From NCBI GenBank assembly GCA_035526605.1, contig DATLCA010000340.1, positions 1 to 40,488 on the forward strand: a DNA stretch of 40,488 nucleotides. Reading direction: 5' to 3'. Below the pieces are notes generated by a model that was not told where the DNA came from, ran no database searches, and saw nothing but the letters and a program-made list of their open reading frames with translations. The position numbers and the translations under genes were made by a program. How positions within the stretch are numbered: position 1 is the first letter of the stretch; each line of letters begins with the position of its first letter. This document shows, one piece after another, positions 26,524 through 37,724 of this stretch. Source of the DNA: Pyrinomonadaceae bacterium. GTDB lineage: Bacteria > Acidobacteriota > Blastocatellia > Pyrinomonadales > Pyrinomonadaceae.

Positions 26524-27681
26524 TTGAGTAACGGAAATTTTCTATTCACGTCCGAATCGGTCACCGAAGGCCACCCGGACAAGATCGCCGATAATATATC
26601 GGACGCGATTCTGGACGCGATCCTCGAACAGGATCCTACGGCTCGAGTCGCATGCGAGACTCTCGTGACAACCGGCTTAGCCGTGGTCGCTGGAGAAATC
26701 ACAACGTCCGCATCGGTAAACTATAAACAGATCATCCGCGACACGATCCACGAGATCGGCTACAACGACGCCTCGTACGGCTATGACGCCAACACCTGCA
26801 GCGTCGTCGACGCTATCGGTACGCAGTCGCCCGACATTGCTCAGGGCGTGGATACCGGCGGGGCCGGAGACCAAGGACTGATGTTTGGCTTTGCGTGTAA
26901 CGAAACACCGGAGCTTATGCCGATGCCCATCCAGATGGCACACAACCTTACGAGGAAGCTTTCCGAAGTTCGACGCGACGGCACGATCCCCTATCTGCGG
27001 CCGGACGGCAAGTCTCAGGTCTCCATCGAGTATCGCGACGGGCGACCGTTCCGGGTGGAAGCGGTGGTGATTTCCACCCAGACCGCGGACGTCGACATCG
27101 ACACTATACGAAAGGACGTGATGGAGCACGTCATTCAAACGACGATCCCGTCTGATCTTCTGGACGAAAACACGAAGTATCACATTAACCCCACGGGGCG
27201 CTTCGTCGTCGGCGGACCTATGGGCGACGCCGGTGTGACAGGGCGAAAGATTATCGTTGATACTTACGGCGGTTATGCGCCTCACGGCGGCGGTGCGTTT
27301 TCGGGCAAAGATCCCACCAAGGTTGATCGCTCCGCGGCTTATATGGCCCGCTACATCGCCAAGAACATTGTTGCCGCCGGCCTCGCCGAGAAATGTACCG
27401 TTCAGCTCGCATATGCGATCGGCGTGGCCGATCCCGTGTCGGTTTTGGTCGACACGCACGGCACCGGAAAAGTTGACGAGGATAAGCTCGCCGACGCGGT
27501 TCGCAAACACTTCGAACTAACACCCAAAGGCATTATAGAAATGCTTGACCTGCGACGCCCTATCTTTAAACAAACGGCTCGGTTCGGACATTTCGGCCGA
27601 ACGAACGACGAGTTCACTTGGGAGAAGACGGATAGAGCCGATGCTCTTCTGAATGCGCTAAGTAACGGCGCCGCGGGATAA
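26524..27681 (+). CDS. metK: S-adenosylmethionine synthase
   Basis: [38 protein letters not shown] and [19 protein letters not shown] start with AAGGAG at 26506-26511. Confidence 0.95.
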   Translation: MSNGNFLFTSESVTEGHPDKIADNISDAILDAILEQDPTARVACETLVTTGLAVVAGEITTSASVNYKQIIRDTIHEIGYNDASYGYDANTCSVVDAIGTQSPDIAQGVDTGGAGDQGLMFGFACNETPELMPMPIQMAHNLTRKLSEVRRDGTIPYLRPDGKSQVSIEYRDGRPFRVEAVVISTQTADVDIDTIRKDVMEHVIQTTIPSDLLDENTKYHINPTGRFVVGGPMGDAGVTGRKIIVDTYGGYAPHGGGAFSGKDPTKVDRSAAYMARYIAKNIVAAGLAEKCTVQLAYAIGVADPVSVLVDTHGTGKVDEDKLADAVRKHFELTPKGIIEMLDLRRPIFKQTARFGHFGRTNDEFTWEKTDRADALLNALSNGAAG

Positions 27682-29034
<1,353 letters not shown>

Positions 29035-29057
29035 TAATTCCCTGGCAATTGGATAAG

Positions 29058-29092
29058 AGCCCCGCTGATCTGGATTCGGCGGGGCTTTTTTG
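29058..29092 (+). terminator. Rho-independent terminator after ahcY
   Basis: Stem AGCCCCGC / GCGGGGCT with a 13-nt loop, followed by TTTTTT. Confidence 0.7.
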
Positions 29093-29200
29093 CGCGACCT
29101 ACGCGGAATATGCACCAAAACAATGCGGATAATTATGGCATTTGATTTGCAAACTGAATCGCCGTATATCGAATCATCACTTTATTTGGGGGTAAATCGA

Positions 29201-29359
29201 ATGGCAGATGAAGACGGAGGCGGACCGGGAAACTTTGTATGGGCAATCGCTTTGATAATAATCGTGGCGATCATCGCCGCAGTGGTGATGTCCGGAGGAT
29301 TTCTGAGCAGGGGCGGCGATAAAAATATAGACGTCGAGATAAAAGCGCCGTCCAGATAG
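29201..29359 (+). CDS. Small single-pass membrane protein (52 aa), hypothetical
   Basis: An internal ATG of track ORF 29090.. is preceded by GGGGG. The product has an acidic N-terminus, one clear TM helix (FVWAIALIIIVAIIAAVVM) and a short tail. Confidence 0.4.
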   Translation: MADEDGGGPGNFVWAIALIIIVAIIAAVVMSGGFLSRGGDKNIDVEIKAPSR

Positions 29360-29386
29360 AGACAGAATTTCCACCTACACACAACC

Positions 29387-29419
29387 GGCGCCGGCTGATC
29401 ATGGTTCGGCGCCTTTATT
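29387..29419 (+). terminator. Possible terminator between convergent genes
   Basis: GGCGCCG / CGGCGCC stem with a 13-nt loop, followed by TTTATT. Confidence 0.35.
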
Positions 29420-29460
29420 GTCTATAAGTGGGTAAGCGCCGTAGCAATTATAAGACGGAA

Positions 29461-29859
29461 TTACGCGACAGGGCTGCTCCCGCCGCTGAGGAGTTTCTCG
29501 ACGGTTTCGGTAAACCGATCAATGTCTACCGATTTTACAAGGAACTCGTTCGCCCCGGAGGCCAGGACGTAGTCCTTGTCTTTTTGCTGCACTCCCATGG
29601 CTGAGAAAAACATAATCGGCTCTGTGATACCCCGTTCCCGCAGGCGGCGACACAGTTCTACGCCGTCCATTCCCGGCAGCCAGATATCCAAGATGTAAAG
29701 ATCAAACTTTTCCCTTCCGTTTAAGGCAAGGGCTTCAGCCGCGGTCTCGACAGCGGTTACCTGATAGTTTTGATTAGATTGTCGGAGTAGTGTGGCGATC
29801 ATCTCGCGGGAGTCGCGATTGTCTTCGACACAGAGAATACGCGCTTTTGCTTCAGACAT
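29461..29859 (-). CDS. Stand-alone response-regulator receiver (CheY-like) protein
   Basis: ILCVEDN ... LYILDIWLPGMDG ... FFSA ... KS layout. Start at the ATG at 29859 (MSEAKARIL). No output domain. Confidence 0.8.
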   Translation of the reverse strand: MSEAKARILCVEDNRDSREMIATLLRQSNQNYQVTAVETAAEALALNGREKFDLYILDIWLPGMDGVELCRRLRERGITEPIMFFSAMGVQQKDKDYVLASGANEFLVKSVDIDRFTETVEKLLSGGSSPVA

Positions 29860-29931
29860 AGAAAATACTGTGAGGAAAAAACGAACGGCCAAGTCAATTC
29901 TATATTCCCGATCGCGTTTTGTCTTTCTAAA

Positions 29932-32271
29932 TCACGTCCTAACTTTTGAAAGCAGAAAAATCCCTAGCATGGAAAAACCAATTAGGGGCGCCCAGACCGC
30001 AAATCCCGGAGGCAGGCTGCCGTTGAGACCGAACTGTTCGAAAGCGCTGGTGAGTCCCATAAACAACAACCAAAGTCCAACCGCGTAACCAACCGTAATA
30101 ACCTTCCCCTTCCTGCTCAGACTTAGTGCGAAGGGCGCCGTAAACAGTGCGATGACGAATGGGAGGAACAAGGTCGTGTACTTTTTCTCCAAAGCGATCC
30201 CTAAAGCCCGCTTCTCTACCTCGGCCTCGCTGTTCTCAAGTTGAGCGACGGTTTCCGAAACATTTAGGTGGCTGGGCTTCTTCCGCAGTTCAGCAAAAGG
30301 ATTCGCCGGCTCCACCACTTCCCCGTCAGGCGCCTCCGTCGTTGTAATTCCCTGCTCGGACAACACGCTTTTCTCAACCATGCCGTCGAACACAATCGCA
30401 CCATCGTGCCAATTAGCGAATTTCGAGCGGTATAGGGTTTGCAAATTCCCGCTATCCGCAAATTCATAAATTACCAAGTCTCTGACGGCGCAGACGGCTA
30501 CGCAACGTACCGCATACTGTTTGTCGTTATCAGACGCAACTACATTACTATTCCCAGTCGTGTTCCGATCCGTGTCAAACTGGAACGAGTAGATCCGCTT
30601 GTCGTTGGCAACCCAGAATCTTCCCGGCCGTTTCGCCGGATTTCCCCGGTTGCGGATCTGAGTCCTGAACTCGTCTTGATGTTGATTCGCCGCCGGGGCG
30701 ACCCGCTCCTGTATCAGCCAGTTTAGCGATCCGATAAGGATCATCAGCAACAGGCACGGAAGAAGCAACCGGTACACGCTCTGGCCGGCGGACGTCCACG
30801 TGACGATCTCATTTTGGCGCGACTTCAATACGTACGTCGTTAGGACCGCGACCATGGCCGCGGACGGCGCCAGCTGGATGTAAATGAATGGAACAAGATA
30901 AAAGAGATATCTGACGAGCAACGCTATCCCGCCATCAAACGTACCCGCAAATCTCCATAGTTCGAAGGCCGTAAAAATAATGAAGACCGCGGCGAGGAAG
31001 CAGAGCGTAAGAAAGTAAAACTTGATCAGGCTCACGACGAGATCGAAATCCCTGATTCCGGTCGTGACTCCGGTAAACGGATTCGGAACTCGGCGGCGAA
31101 AAGGTCGAAGATCCACCCACGACAAGGTTTCCCTCACCCGCGGCACTACCCGATTCCCGGCAGAAAGCCGGGCCGAAAAGTTGAACCAGAGAATTACAAA
31201 GAAACTCAAAATTATAGGGAAAAGGCTTCCCTCGAAAACCGAGATCTTTCCGGTACGGGCTAGTTGCTCCCCCAAAAAGGCAAGCAGGTAATACACGATC
31301 AGACAGCCGAGGGCGACGATCACTCCGAATCCTTTTCCGCGTCGACTGAATCGAAGTATCAACGCCGTGCCCAGTAAACAGAAAATAAGCGGCGTGACCG
31401 ATAGCACGATACGGCGTTGCCGGAGGATCTGGGCCTCGGTCCGTTCGGCCCCTTCCCTGCCGCTCGCATATTCCGAGAGCTCTGATAAACCGAGTTCTTC
31501 GGGAGCCAGCTCTGCGCTGCTAAGCTTCTGGATGAGGTCACCGCGCCTGGTCTGGATCGCAAATCGGATGTTGCCTATATTCTCCGATACAAATTTGTGC
31601 TGGCCCGGCGAGTTGTTGAAAGTTGTCTTGACCGCATTCTCGAGAACAAGCTCGGACAGCTCTTCCGACGAATCGATTCGTCCCTTACGCGACGTTATCA
31701 AGTTAACAGTCCCAGTTTTCTCATCCTCGTTGTGCACGAAGATGTTCTTCCACTGCCCAGCCGCAATGTCGCCGTCCCGCACATAAATCGTGTAACCCGC
31801 AACCTCGGTGTTAAAAACTCCGGGTTCGATCGGAGATTCAAGCTTGTAGATCGCGGTTTGGATCGCGACTTGGCGAACGATGCGGGCGGCGATCGGTACG
31901 CCGTACAAATTAATTATGAAAGCAAATATCGATAGAAGGATCCCGATAAACAGAATCGGTATCGTGATCTGGAGATTACCGACCCCGGACGCCCGAATGG
32001 CGACCAGCTCGCTATCGGTCTGCATTTTTGAAAGCCCGATGATCACCCCGACAAGGACGGCCATCGGGCACGTAAACGCGATCACGTTCGGAATCAGCGC
32101 TAGGGTAAGCTGAGAAACGAGAACGGTGGGAATGTTTGCGCTAAAGAAGATGTCGGCGAAACGAGCCGCCTGCTGGACAAAAAGAATTACGCTTAAAAGA
32201 AGCCACGAGAAAACAAAGTAAGGCAGTATCGCCCCGATAAGATACCGTGAAATCGTCAGGCTCAAACGCAT
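29932..32271 (-). CDS. Fused LptF-LptG-like LPS export permease (two tandem YjgP/YjgQ modules)
   Basis: 779 aa. Two successive modules each have 3 TM helices, a large periplasmic insert, then 3 TM helices. The first starts ISRYLIGAILPYF and the second starts around LIKFYFLTLCFLAAVFII. Confidence 0.75.
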   Translation of the reverse strand: MRLSLTISRYLIGAILPYFVFSWLLLSVILFVQQAARFADIFFSANIPTVLVSQLTLALIPNVIAFTCPMAVLVGVIIGLSKMQTDSELVAIRASGVGNLQITIPILFIGILLSIFAFIINLYGVPIAARIVRQVAIQTAIYKLESPIEPGVFNTEVAGYTIYVRDGDIAAGQWKNIFVHNEDEKTGTVNLITSRKGRIDSSEELSELVLENAVKTTFNNSPGQHKFVSENIGNIRFAIQTRRGDLIQKLSSAELAPEELGLSELSEYASGREGAERTEAQILRQRRIVLSVTPLIFCLLGTALILRFSRRGKGFGVIVALGCLIVYYLLAFLGEQLARTGKISVFEGSLFPIILSFFVILWFNFSARLSAGNRVVPRVRETLSWVDLRPFRRRVPNPFTGVTTGIRDFDLVVSLIKFYFLTLCFLAAVFIIFTAFELWRFAGTFDGGIALLVRYLFYLVPFIYIQLAPSAAMVAVLTTYVLKSRQNEIVTWTSAGQSVYRLLLPCLLLMILIGSLNWLIQERVAPAANQHQDEFRTQIRNRGNPAKRPGRFWVANDKRIYSFQFDTDRNTTGNSNVVASDNDKQYAVRCVAVCAVRDLVIYEFADSGNLQTLYRSKFANWHDGAIVFDGMVEKSVLSEQGITTTEAPDGEVVEPANPFAELRKKPSHLNVSETVAQLENSEAEVEKRALGIALEKKYTTLFLPFVIALFTAPFALSLSRKGKVITVGYAVGLWLLFMGLTSAFEQFGLNGSLPPGFAVWAPLIGFSMLGIFLLSKVRT

Positions 32272-32280
32272 GCTGTATTG

Positions 32281-33033
32281 CTATGAGTTTACCGCAAAGC
32301 TCTTTTCGCCGGCTAATTCCCTGCCGATAACGTTTGAAATGATGCGTCTCAGAATCTGAGATACATCGGTAAGAACGGTCGTTCTATCGGAGCCGTACTT
32401 CATGAATTCTTGCGGAGAGAGTTTCTGGGCACTGCGGAAAGCGTCTCGGTGAGCCCCGGAAACCGTCTGACTGCCGCGTGATCTACGGCAGGAATCGCAA
32501 AGGAGGTGAAAGTCCGCCTGCACGTCGGCCGATTCATTAGGACCGAATTCACGCTTGCAGGAATTGCACACATTCCAGTTCGGCAGGTAACCGCCGAGCC
32601 TTAAAAGCCAGGTCTCGAAATACATTCGGATCCCGGCAATATCCGGAGGTGTGCTGCAGCCGGAATCGATGCAGGCTTTGACCATCCGATACAGTGTTTC
32701 GTTCGGGTCGTGCGGCGGCACGAATGAGATAAGCAGATCTGCAATGTAAGAAAATGTCTGGAGGACCTCGGGCTCACTTGCACGGTCGAAGCAAGAACGC
32801 AGCAGATCGAGGTGCCGTATGCTGACCAGCTCGCGATCTTCCTTTTGAAAGTATTCCAAGCTGACGGTCGAGAACGGCTCGAGCATGCTGCCGAAACGGC
32901 TCTTCAGACGTTTCGCTCCTTTAGCGACGCCGCGCACGATACCCGACTCTCGAGTAAGAAATACTACGATGCGATCCGCCTCTGCCAAGTTAAAACTCTT
33001 GAGGACGAGACTTTCTGTTTCGACTACCGGCAT
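32281..33033 (-). CDS. recO: DNA repair protein RecO
   Basis: OB N-terminus ETESLVLKSFNLAEADRIVVFLTRESGIVRGVAKGAKR, and a Cys4 zinc motif CNSC...CDSC. Confidence 0.88.
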   Translation of the reverse strand: MPVVETESLVLKSFNLAEADRIVVFLTRESGIVRGVAKGAKRLKSRFGSMLEPFSTVSLEYFQKEDRELVSIRHLDLLRSCFDRASEPEVLQTFSYIADLLISFVPPHDPNETLYRMVKACIDSGCSTPPDIAGIRMYFETWLLRLGGYLPNWNVCNSCKREFGPNESADVQADFHLLCDSCRRSRGSQTVSGAHRDAFRSAQKLSPQEFMKYGSDRTTVLTDVSQILRRIISNVIGRELAGEKSFAVNS

Positions 33034-33039
33034 GGGGAT

Positions 33040-33207
33040 CTACGGAATGAAATACAGGATCCACGCGATCAGGAGGCTGATCCCGACAAATTGAAGGAAC
33101 GTTTTCGTCGCGTACCAGATCCTTTCCTTTGGTGCGCCCACGTGGATCGCACCGAACACCACTGATACGAACAAAGCGAAACCGACGAGGTAAAGAAAAT
33201 GGGTCAT
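33040..33207 (-). CDS. Small two-TM membrane protein (55 aa), hypothetical. It falls below the ORF-track length cutoff.
   Basis: Own translation: MTHFLYLVGFALFVSVVFGAIHVGAPKERIWYATKTFLQFVGISLLIAWILYFIP. The ATG overlaps the upstream stop (ATGA), and the ORF ends 6 nt before the recO ATG. Confidence 0.45.
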   Translation of the reverse strand: MTHFLYLVGFALFVSVVFGAIHVGAPKERIWYATKTFLQFVGISLLIAWILYFIP

Positions 33208-33584
33208 TTCTTCCTCCCCAAGTTGATATCGATCGCGTCGATCACCGCCAGATAATTTAACAATCCCGCGGTCTCGAGAAATCGTCCCCCGTACTCGAAG
33301 GTTGATCGTGCGGCCATATTTGGGGCGGGTTCGATAGAGGCGAAAAAACTAATAATGGCTCCGAGACCGTTTCCTAATTTAGCGAAGACGTTCAGTAAGA
33401 ATAAAAGCTGACCGTCTCTAAAATCGAAGCCCGGATAATATGCCCCGCCGCTCAGCAACGCAACGATAAACATTGCCCATATTGCCCCGCCGATAATTAG
33501 TCCGCGTTTGTAACGGCCCTGAACCAGGTGTCCAGCACCAGGAAAAAACCAGGAAATTATTCCTACTATGAAAGGATTGTCCAT
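33204..33584 (-). CDS. Integral membrane protein, function unknown
   Basis: 126 aa, with an N-terminal WFFPGAGHLVQGRYKRG motif followed by TM helices. Same strand and tight spacing with the downstream small ORF and recO. Confidence 0.6.
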   Translation of the reverse strand: MDNPFIVGIISWFFPGAGHLVQGRYKRGLIIGGAIWAMFIVALLSGGAYYPGFDFRDGQLLFLLNVFAKLGNGLGAIISFFASIEPAPNMAARSTFEYGGRFLETAGLLNYLAVIDAIDINLGRKK

Positions 33585-33762
33585 CTTTTATCTTTATCGG
33601 ACCAGATACTCAACCTTTAAAGTCTATTATTCAACGCCTAGACATCAGCGAAACTGTTCCCGGCTAACTGTTCATAAAAGGGAACCTCGGGGGTTTCGAG
33701 AAACTACTTAAACCAGGTTCATGCCTTTGCGGAGCGCAAGCGCCCGAACCGATTGGCGCCAG

Positions 33763-34545
33763 TTAGGATAGAACCTCCCGAACGCCGCCCATGGCTACAT
33801 CATGACCGCGTTTAAGAGATTCGGAACATCGAGAAACGAATATCTCGAAGATAGCACGACTGAGACTATCCGTTCTCCACGAGAGCTCCGGGTGCCATTG
33901 CAAACCCAGAACGAATCGATCATTTCGAACGTCTTGGATGCCCTCGACTACTCCGTCGTTTGCCCATGCTATCGCCCGTAAGTCGGCACCCGTTTGCCGA
34001 ATGGCTTGATGATGGTGAGAATTAACTTTCACTATTTCCTCGCCATCCTCGAGTTCGGAAATTCCCGAAAGCAAGCTCTCGCCATCGATCTTTATCTCAT
34101 GAGAATTTCGAGCGGCCGGCGGTCCCTGCTGATGCTTGATACAGTTTTCAACTTGAGCCTCAATGTCCTGTATCAAACTACCTCCGCGCGAGACATTCAG
34201 CACTTGGATACCGTAACAAATCGCGAGTAAAGGAATCCGTAATCTTTCGACCTCAGAGAGAACGAGCAAATCCGTCTCATCTTTCTCGGGTACTACGCGA
34301 CCCAGCTTCAGATGCGGATCTTCGTTGTAGTATGCGGGATCCACATCGCTGTCGCATCCCGGCAAGAGTACGCCATCGAGTTCCGACATTACCGAACGGA
34401 TGAACTCCGGCTCCGGGATCAGCGGAATGTGAACGGGAACACCGCCTGCCGCTTCGACCGCCTCGCTGTAATCACGCCCAAGGTAAAACCGCCGGGTCTC
34501 GAGCTCGAGCCGCATCGTCAAACCGATCTTTGGTCTATACGCCAT
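33763..34545 (-). CDS. Class I glutamine amidotransferase, peptidase C26 (gamma-glutamyl-GABA hydrolase-like)
   Basis: LLAICYGIQVLNV (nucleophile elbow Cys), NSHHHQAI and GLQWHPE. Confidence 0.85.
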   Translation of the reverse strand: MAYRPKIGLTMRLELETRRFYLGRDYSEAVEAAGGVPVHIPLIPEPEFIRSVMSELDGVLLPGCDSDVDPAYYNEDPHLKLGRVVPEKDETDLLVLSEVERLRIPLLAICYGIQVLNVSRGGSLIQDIEAQVENCIKHQQGPPAARNSHEIKIDGESLLSGISELEDGEEIVKVNSHHHQAIRQTGADLRAIAWANDGVVEGIQDVRNDRFVLGLQWHPELSWRTDSLSRAIFEIFVSRCSESLKRGHDVAMGGVREVLS

Positions 34546-34610
34546 AAACTCATTTATGTTCAGATAAATGGCGGTTCTATGTCAATTTGAGCATTTGAAA
34601 TGAAAGTCTT

Positions 34611-35174
34611 ATGATTGCCTCAATGCGTTCAAACTCGGCGGCTAACTCGATTCGATCCACAACTGTCCTTTTGGTGCAGCGCGACGGAGCTGTCGCAATG
34701 GCGGGCGACGGGCAGGTGACGCTGGGCGAGACCGTGATTAAGGGGAATGCCCGTAAAGTGCGCCGGCTCTCCAACGGAAATATCCTCGTCGGCTTCGCGG
34801 GTGCCACCGCCGACGCCTTCTCGTTGCTTTCACGGTTCGAGACAAAGCTGGACCAGTTTCAAGGCCAACTCGAGCGGGCTGCGATTGAACTGAGCAAAGA
34901 CTGGCGGACCGATAAGTACTTACGGCATCTTGAAGCACTGATCATAGTAGCGGACAAGAATGACGCATTCCTGATCTCCGGGAAAGGAGACGTCATCTCG
35001 TCAGACGAAGGATTGCTGTCGGTGGGATCGGGCAGCATGTTCGCACTGGCCGCCGCGAGGGCTCTCATCAAACACACCGGGCTTCACCCTCGCGAGATAG
35101 CGGCCGAGTCGCTGCGGATCGCGAGTGAGATCTGCATCTATACGAACGATGACATCGTCGTTGAGGAATTGTAA
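34611..35174 (+). CDS. hslV: ATP-dependent protease subunit HslV
   Basis: [33 protein letters not shown] and GSGS. It has an N-terminal extension before the catalytic Thr. Confidence 0.92.
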   Translation: MIASMRSNSAANSIRSTTVLLVQRDGAVAMAGDGQVTLGETVIKGNARKVRRLSNGNILVGFAGATADAFSLLSRFETKLDQFQGQLERAAIELSKDWRTDKYLRHLEALIIVADKNDAFLISGKGDVISSDEGLLSVGSGSMFALAAARALIKHTGLHPREIAAESLRIASEICIYTNDDIVVEEL

Positions 35175-35180
35175 TTATCC

Positions 35181-36584
35181 ATGGCGATCTATCTCGGTGG
35201 GGAAACAAAAGAAATCGCGGGGAAGGCAAAGCTTGATGACCTGACGCCCCGTCAAATAGTCGAGGAGCTCGACAAGTACGTTGTCGGCCAGGCTGATGCG
35301 AAGCGCGCCGTCGCCGTCGCCTTGCGTAATCGCATCCGCCGTCAAAAGCTTCCCGCGGAAATCGCGCAAGACGTCCTACCGAAAAACATTTTGATGATCG
35401 GCTCGACAGGTGTTGGAAAAACCGAGATCGCCCGCCGCTTGGCGAGGATCGCGGATTCCCCGTTTATAAAGATCGAAGCTTCCAAATTCACCGAAGTCGG
35501 GTACGTCGGACGCGACGTTGAAAGCATGATACGGGAACTGACGGAAGTCGCGGTCGATATCACCAAACAAGCCGCCTACGAAGAGGTTCGGGCGCGGGCG
35601 GAGGAGAACGCGGAGGAATCGATACTGGACATTTTGCTGCCTCCGACCAGCCTGCATTATCAGACCCAATCGGATACTGATGAGAGTGCGGGTTCATCCG
35701 GTGCGAACCGGACGCGTGAGAAACTTCGTGAGCAACTCCGCCGTGGCGAGCTAGACGGCCGCCTGATAGAGCTTGATACCCAGGATCGAGGTAATGCGAC
35801 GATAGACTTCGTCGGCGGGCAGGGAATGGAGGAGATGGGCGTGAACCTCCGCGACATGTTCGGCAATTTATTTCCCAGCAAGACGGTCCGGCGGAAAATG
35901 AAAGTGTATGAGGCAGTCGTTTACCTGGTTCGCGAGGAACAGGAACGGCTCGCCGATATGGAACAGATCACCCGCACCGCGATTCAGAAAACCCAGGACT
36001 CTGGAATTATCTTCTTGGACGAGATCGACAAGATCGCCGGTAGGGAATCCGGGGGGAATCCTGACGTTTCCCGCGAAGGGGTCCAACGAGATCTCTTGCC
36101 TATCGTCGAAGGTACAAATGTGAACACCCGGTACGGGATGGTAAGCACCGAACACATACTATTCATCGCCGCCGGAGCCTTCCACGTCTCGAAACCGTCG
36201 GACCTAATACCTGAGCTTCAGGGCCGGTTTCCCATTCGGGTCGAACTTGAAGCTTTAACCATTGACGACCTTAAGCGAATTTTGGTGCAGCCCAAAAACT
36301 CGCTAATTAAGCAATATCAGGCTTTGCTTAACACCGAGGGAATCGAGCTCGAGTTTACCGAAGACGCGGTCACGCGGCTTGCGGAAATGACGGCGGAGAT
36401 CAACCGAAGTACTGAAAATATCGGGGCCCGACGCCTTCACACCCTTCTCGAAAAACTGCTCGAGGAAATTAGCTTCCTAGGCAGCGAGCTGGAAGTTAAG
36501 CACCAACGAATAGACGCCGCTTACGTCGATGCACGATTAAGCGGTCTGGTGCAGGATCAGAATTTGCGCCAGTACGTCTTATGA
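35181..36584 (+). CDS. hslU: ATP-dependent protease ATPase subunit HslU
   Basis: LTPRQIVEELDKYVVGQADAKRAVAVALRNR, Walker A GSTGVGKTEIARRLA, and IIFLDEIDKI. Confidence 0.95.
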   Translation: MAIYLGGETKEIAGKAKLDDLTPRQIVEELDKYVVGQADAKRAVAVALRNRIRRQKLPAEIAQDVLPKNILMIGSTGVGKTEIARRLARIADSPFIKIEASKFTEVGYVGRDVESMIRELTEVAVDITKQAAYEEVRARAEENAEESILDILLPPTSLHYQTQSDTDESAGSSGANRTREKLREQLRRGELDGRLIELDTQDRGNATIDFVGGQGMEEMGVNLRDMFGNLFPSKTVRRKMKVYEAVVYLVREEQERLADMEQITRTAIQKTQDSGIIFLDEIDKIAGRESGGNPDVSREGVQRDLLPIVEGTNVNTRYGMVSTEHILFIAAGAFHVSKPSDLIPELQGRFPIRVELEALTIDDLKRILVQPKNSLIKQYQALLNTEGIELEFTEDAVTRLAEMTAEINRSTENIGARRLHTLLEKLLEEISFLGSELEVKHQRIDAAYVDARLSGLVQDQNLRQYVL

Positions 36585-36593
36585 TTTAATCAG

Positions 36594-37721
36594 ATGCTGA
36601 ATTCCTCATTCGTCCCGAAACTTAACTTAAGCACTCGGGTTAAGCTCTACGCCACTAAAGCACCGTTAGCACTTATAGCAGTTGTATTGCTTACAGGTTT
36701 AAGCTGCGGTAAGCGGAAGCCGCCGCTGCCTCCGGTCGAGCGCGTCCTCCAGCGAGTCGAAATAACAGGATTTCAGCGCGGTAGTCAGGTGATCCTTTCC
36801 TGGACGATGCCGTCGAAGAACGCATCGCAAGGAAGTCTGCTTAACATATCCCGGGCCGACATATATCGACTGGCCGAGCCGCTCACGTCGCCCTCTAACA
36901 TTTCAGAAGAAGAGTTTGCGTCTCGCAGCACCCTTGTTGCGAGCCTCAACATCCGCGAGTCCGACTTCGGAGTCAAGAGTTTGAGCTATTCGGACGCGCT
37001 GCAGTTCGCCGGCCAACCGGCGCGGCTCCGATACGCAATCCGGTTTGTGAATGCCTCCGGGCAGAAAGCGGCTTTCTCTAATTTTCTGCTTCTCGAGCCG
37101 GCGGCGAGGATCGCGGGCGCCGCGAGTTCCCTGTCCGCGACCTTGACCCAGGAAGCGGTCGCCCTGGAATGGCGTGCACCAACTTCCAATGTCGACGGCT
37201 CAGCTCCCGTGAACCTGCTCGGGTACAACGTTTATCGCTCGAATTCGGAGGAAGTTCCGGGAAAACTCTTGAACAAGACGCCGGTCTCGGACACAAATTT
37301 CCGAGATGAATTCTTTGAATTCGATAAACCCCTGTTTTATTTCGTGCGGTCGGTGTCGGTCGGAACCGGGGGCGAACCGATCGAAAGCGGCGAGTCCAAC
37401 ATCCTTCGCCTCGCGCCGAAGGACACGTTCCCCCCGAGTCCGCCCGCGGCCATCACTCTCGCCGCGACACCGACAACGATCTCTATATTTTTCGCCACGA
37501 ATCCCGAAAAGGATGTGATCGGCTATCGGATCTACCGATCGACGGATGCGGATCTCGACAAGCAGAAATGGGAACTTCTCACACCCACGCCTCTAACGAC
37601 GAACACATTTCAGGATCTTAGGGTCGAGAGCGGAAAGACGTATTTCTATTACTTGACCGCGACCGACAAGGCCGGCAACATCAGCCAGCCAAGCGAGGTC
37701 GTCTCGGAAACGGTGCCGTAA
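36594..37721 (+). CDS. Lipoprotein with fibronectin type III-like domains
   Basis: Lipobox LTGLSC after a hydrophobic signal. Repeated GYNVYRS / GYRIYRS FN3-type motifs, plus YFYYLTATDKAGN. Confidence 0.65.
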   Translation: MLNSSFVPKLNLSTRVKLYATKAPLALIAVVLLTGLSCGKRKPPLPPVERVLQRVEITGFQRGSQVILSWTMPSKNASQGSLLNISRADIYRLAEPLTSPSNISEEEFASRSTLVASLNIRESDFGVKSLSYSDALQFAGQPARLRYAIRFVNASGQKAAFSNFLLLEPAARIAGAASSLSATLTQEAVALEWRAPTSNVDGSAPVNLLGYNVYRSNSEEVPGKLLNKTPVSDTNFRDEFFEFDKPLFYFVRSVSVGTGGEPIESGESNILRLAPKDTFPPSPPAAITLAATPTTISIFFATNPEKDVIGYRIYRSTDADLDKQKWELLTPTPLTTNTFQDLRVESGKTYFYYLTATDKAGNISQPSEVVSETVP

Positions 37722-37724
37722 TAA

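Noticed and set aside
24552-27510. Minus-strand ORFs antisense to parA (235 aa) and metK (277 aa).
   Set aside because: They are shadow ORFs opposite highly conserved genes, with no recognisable domains.
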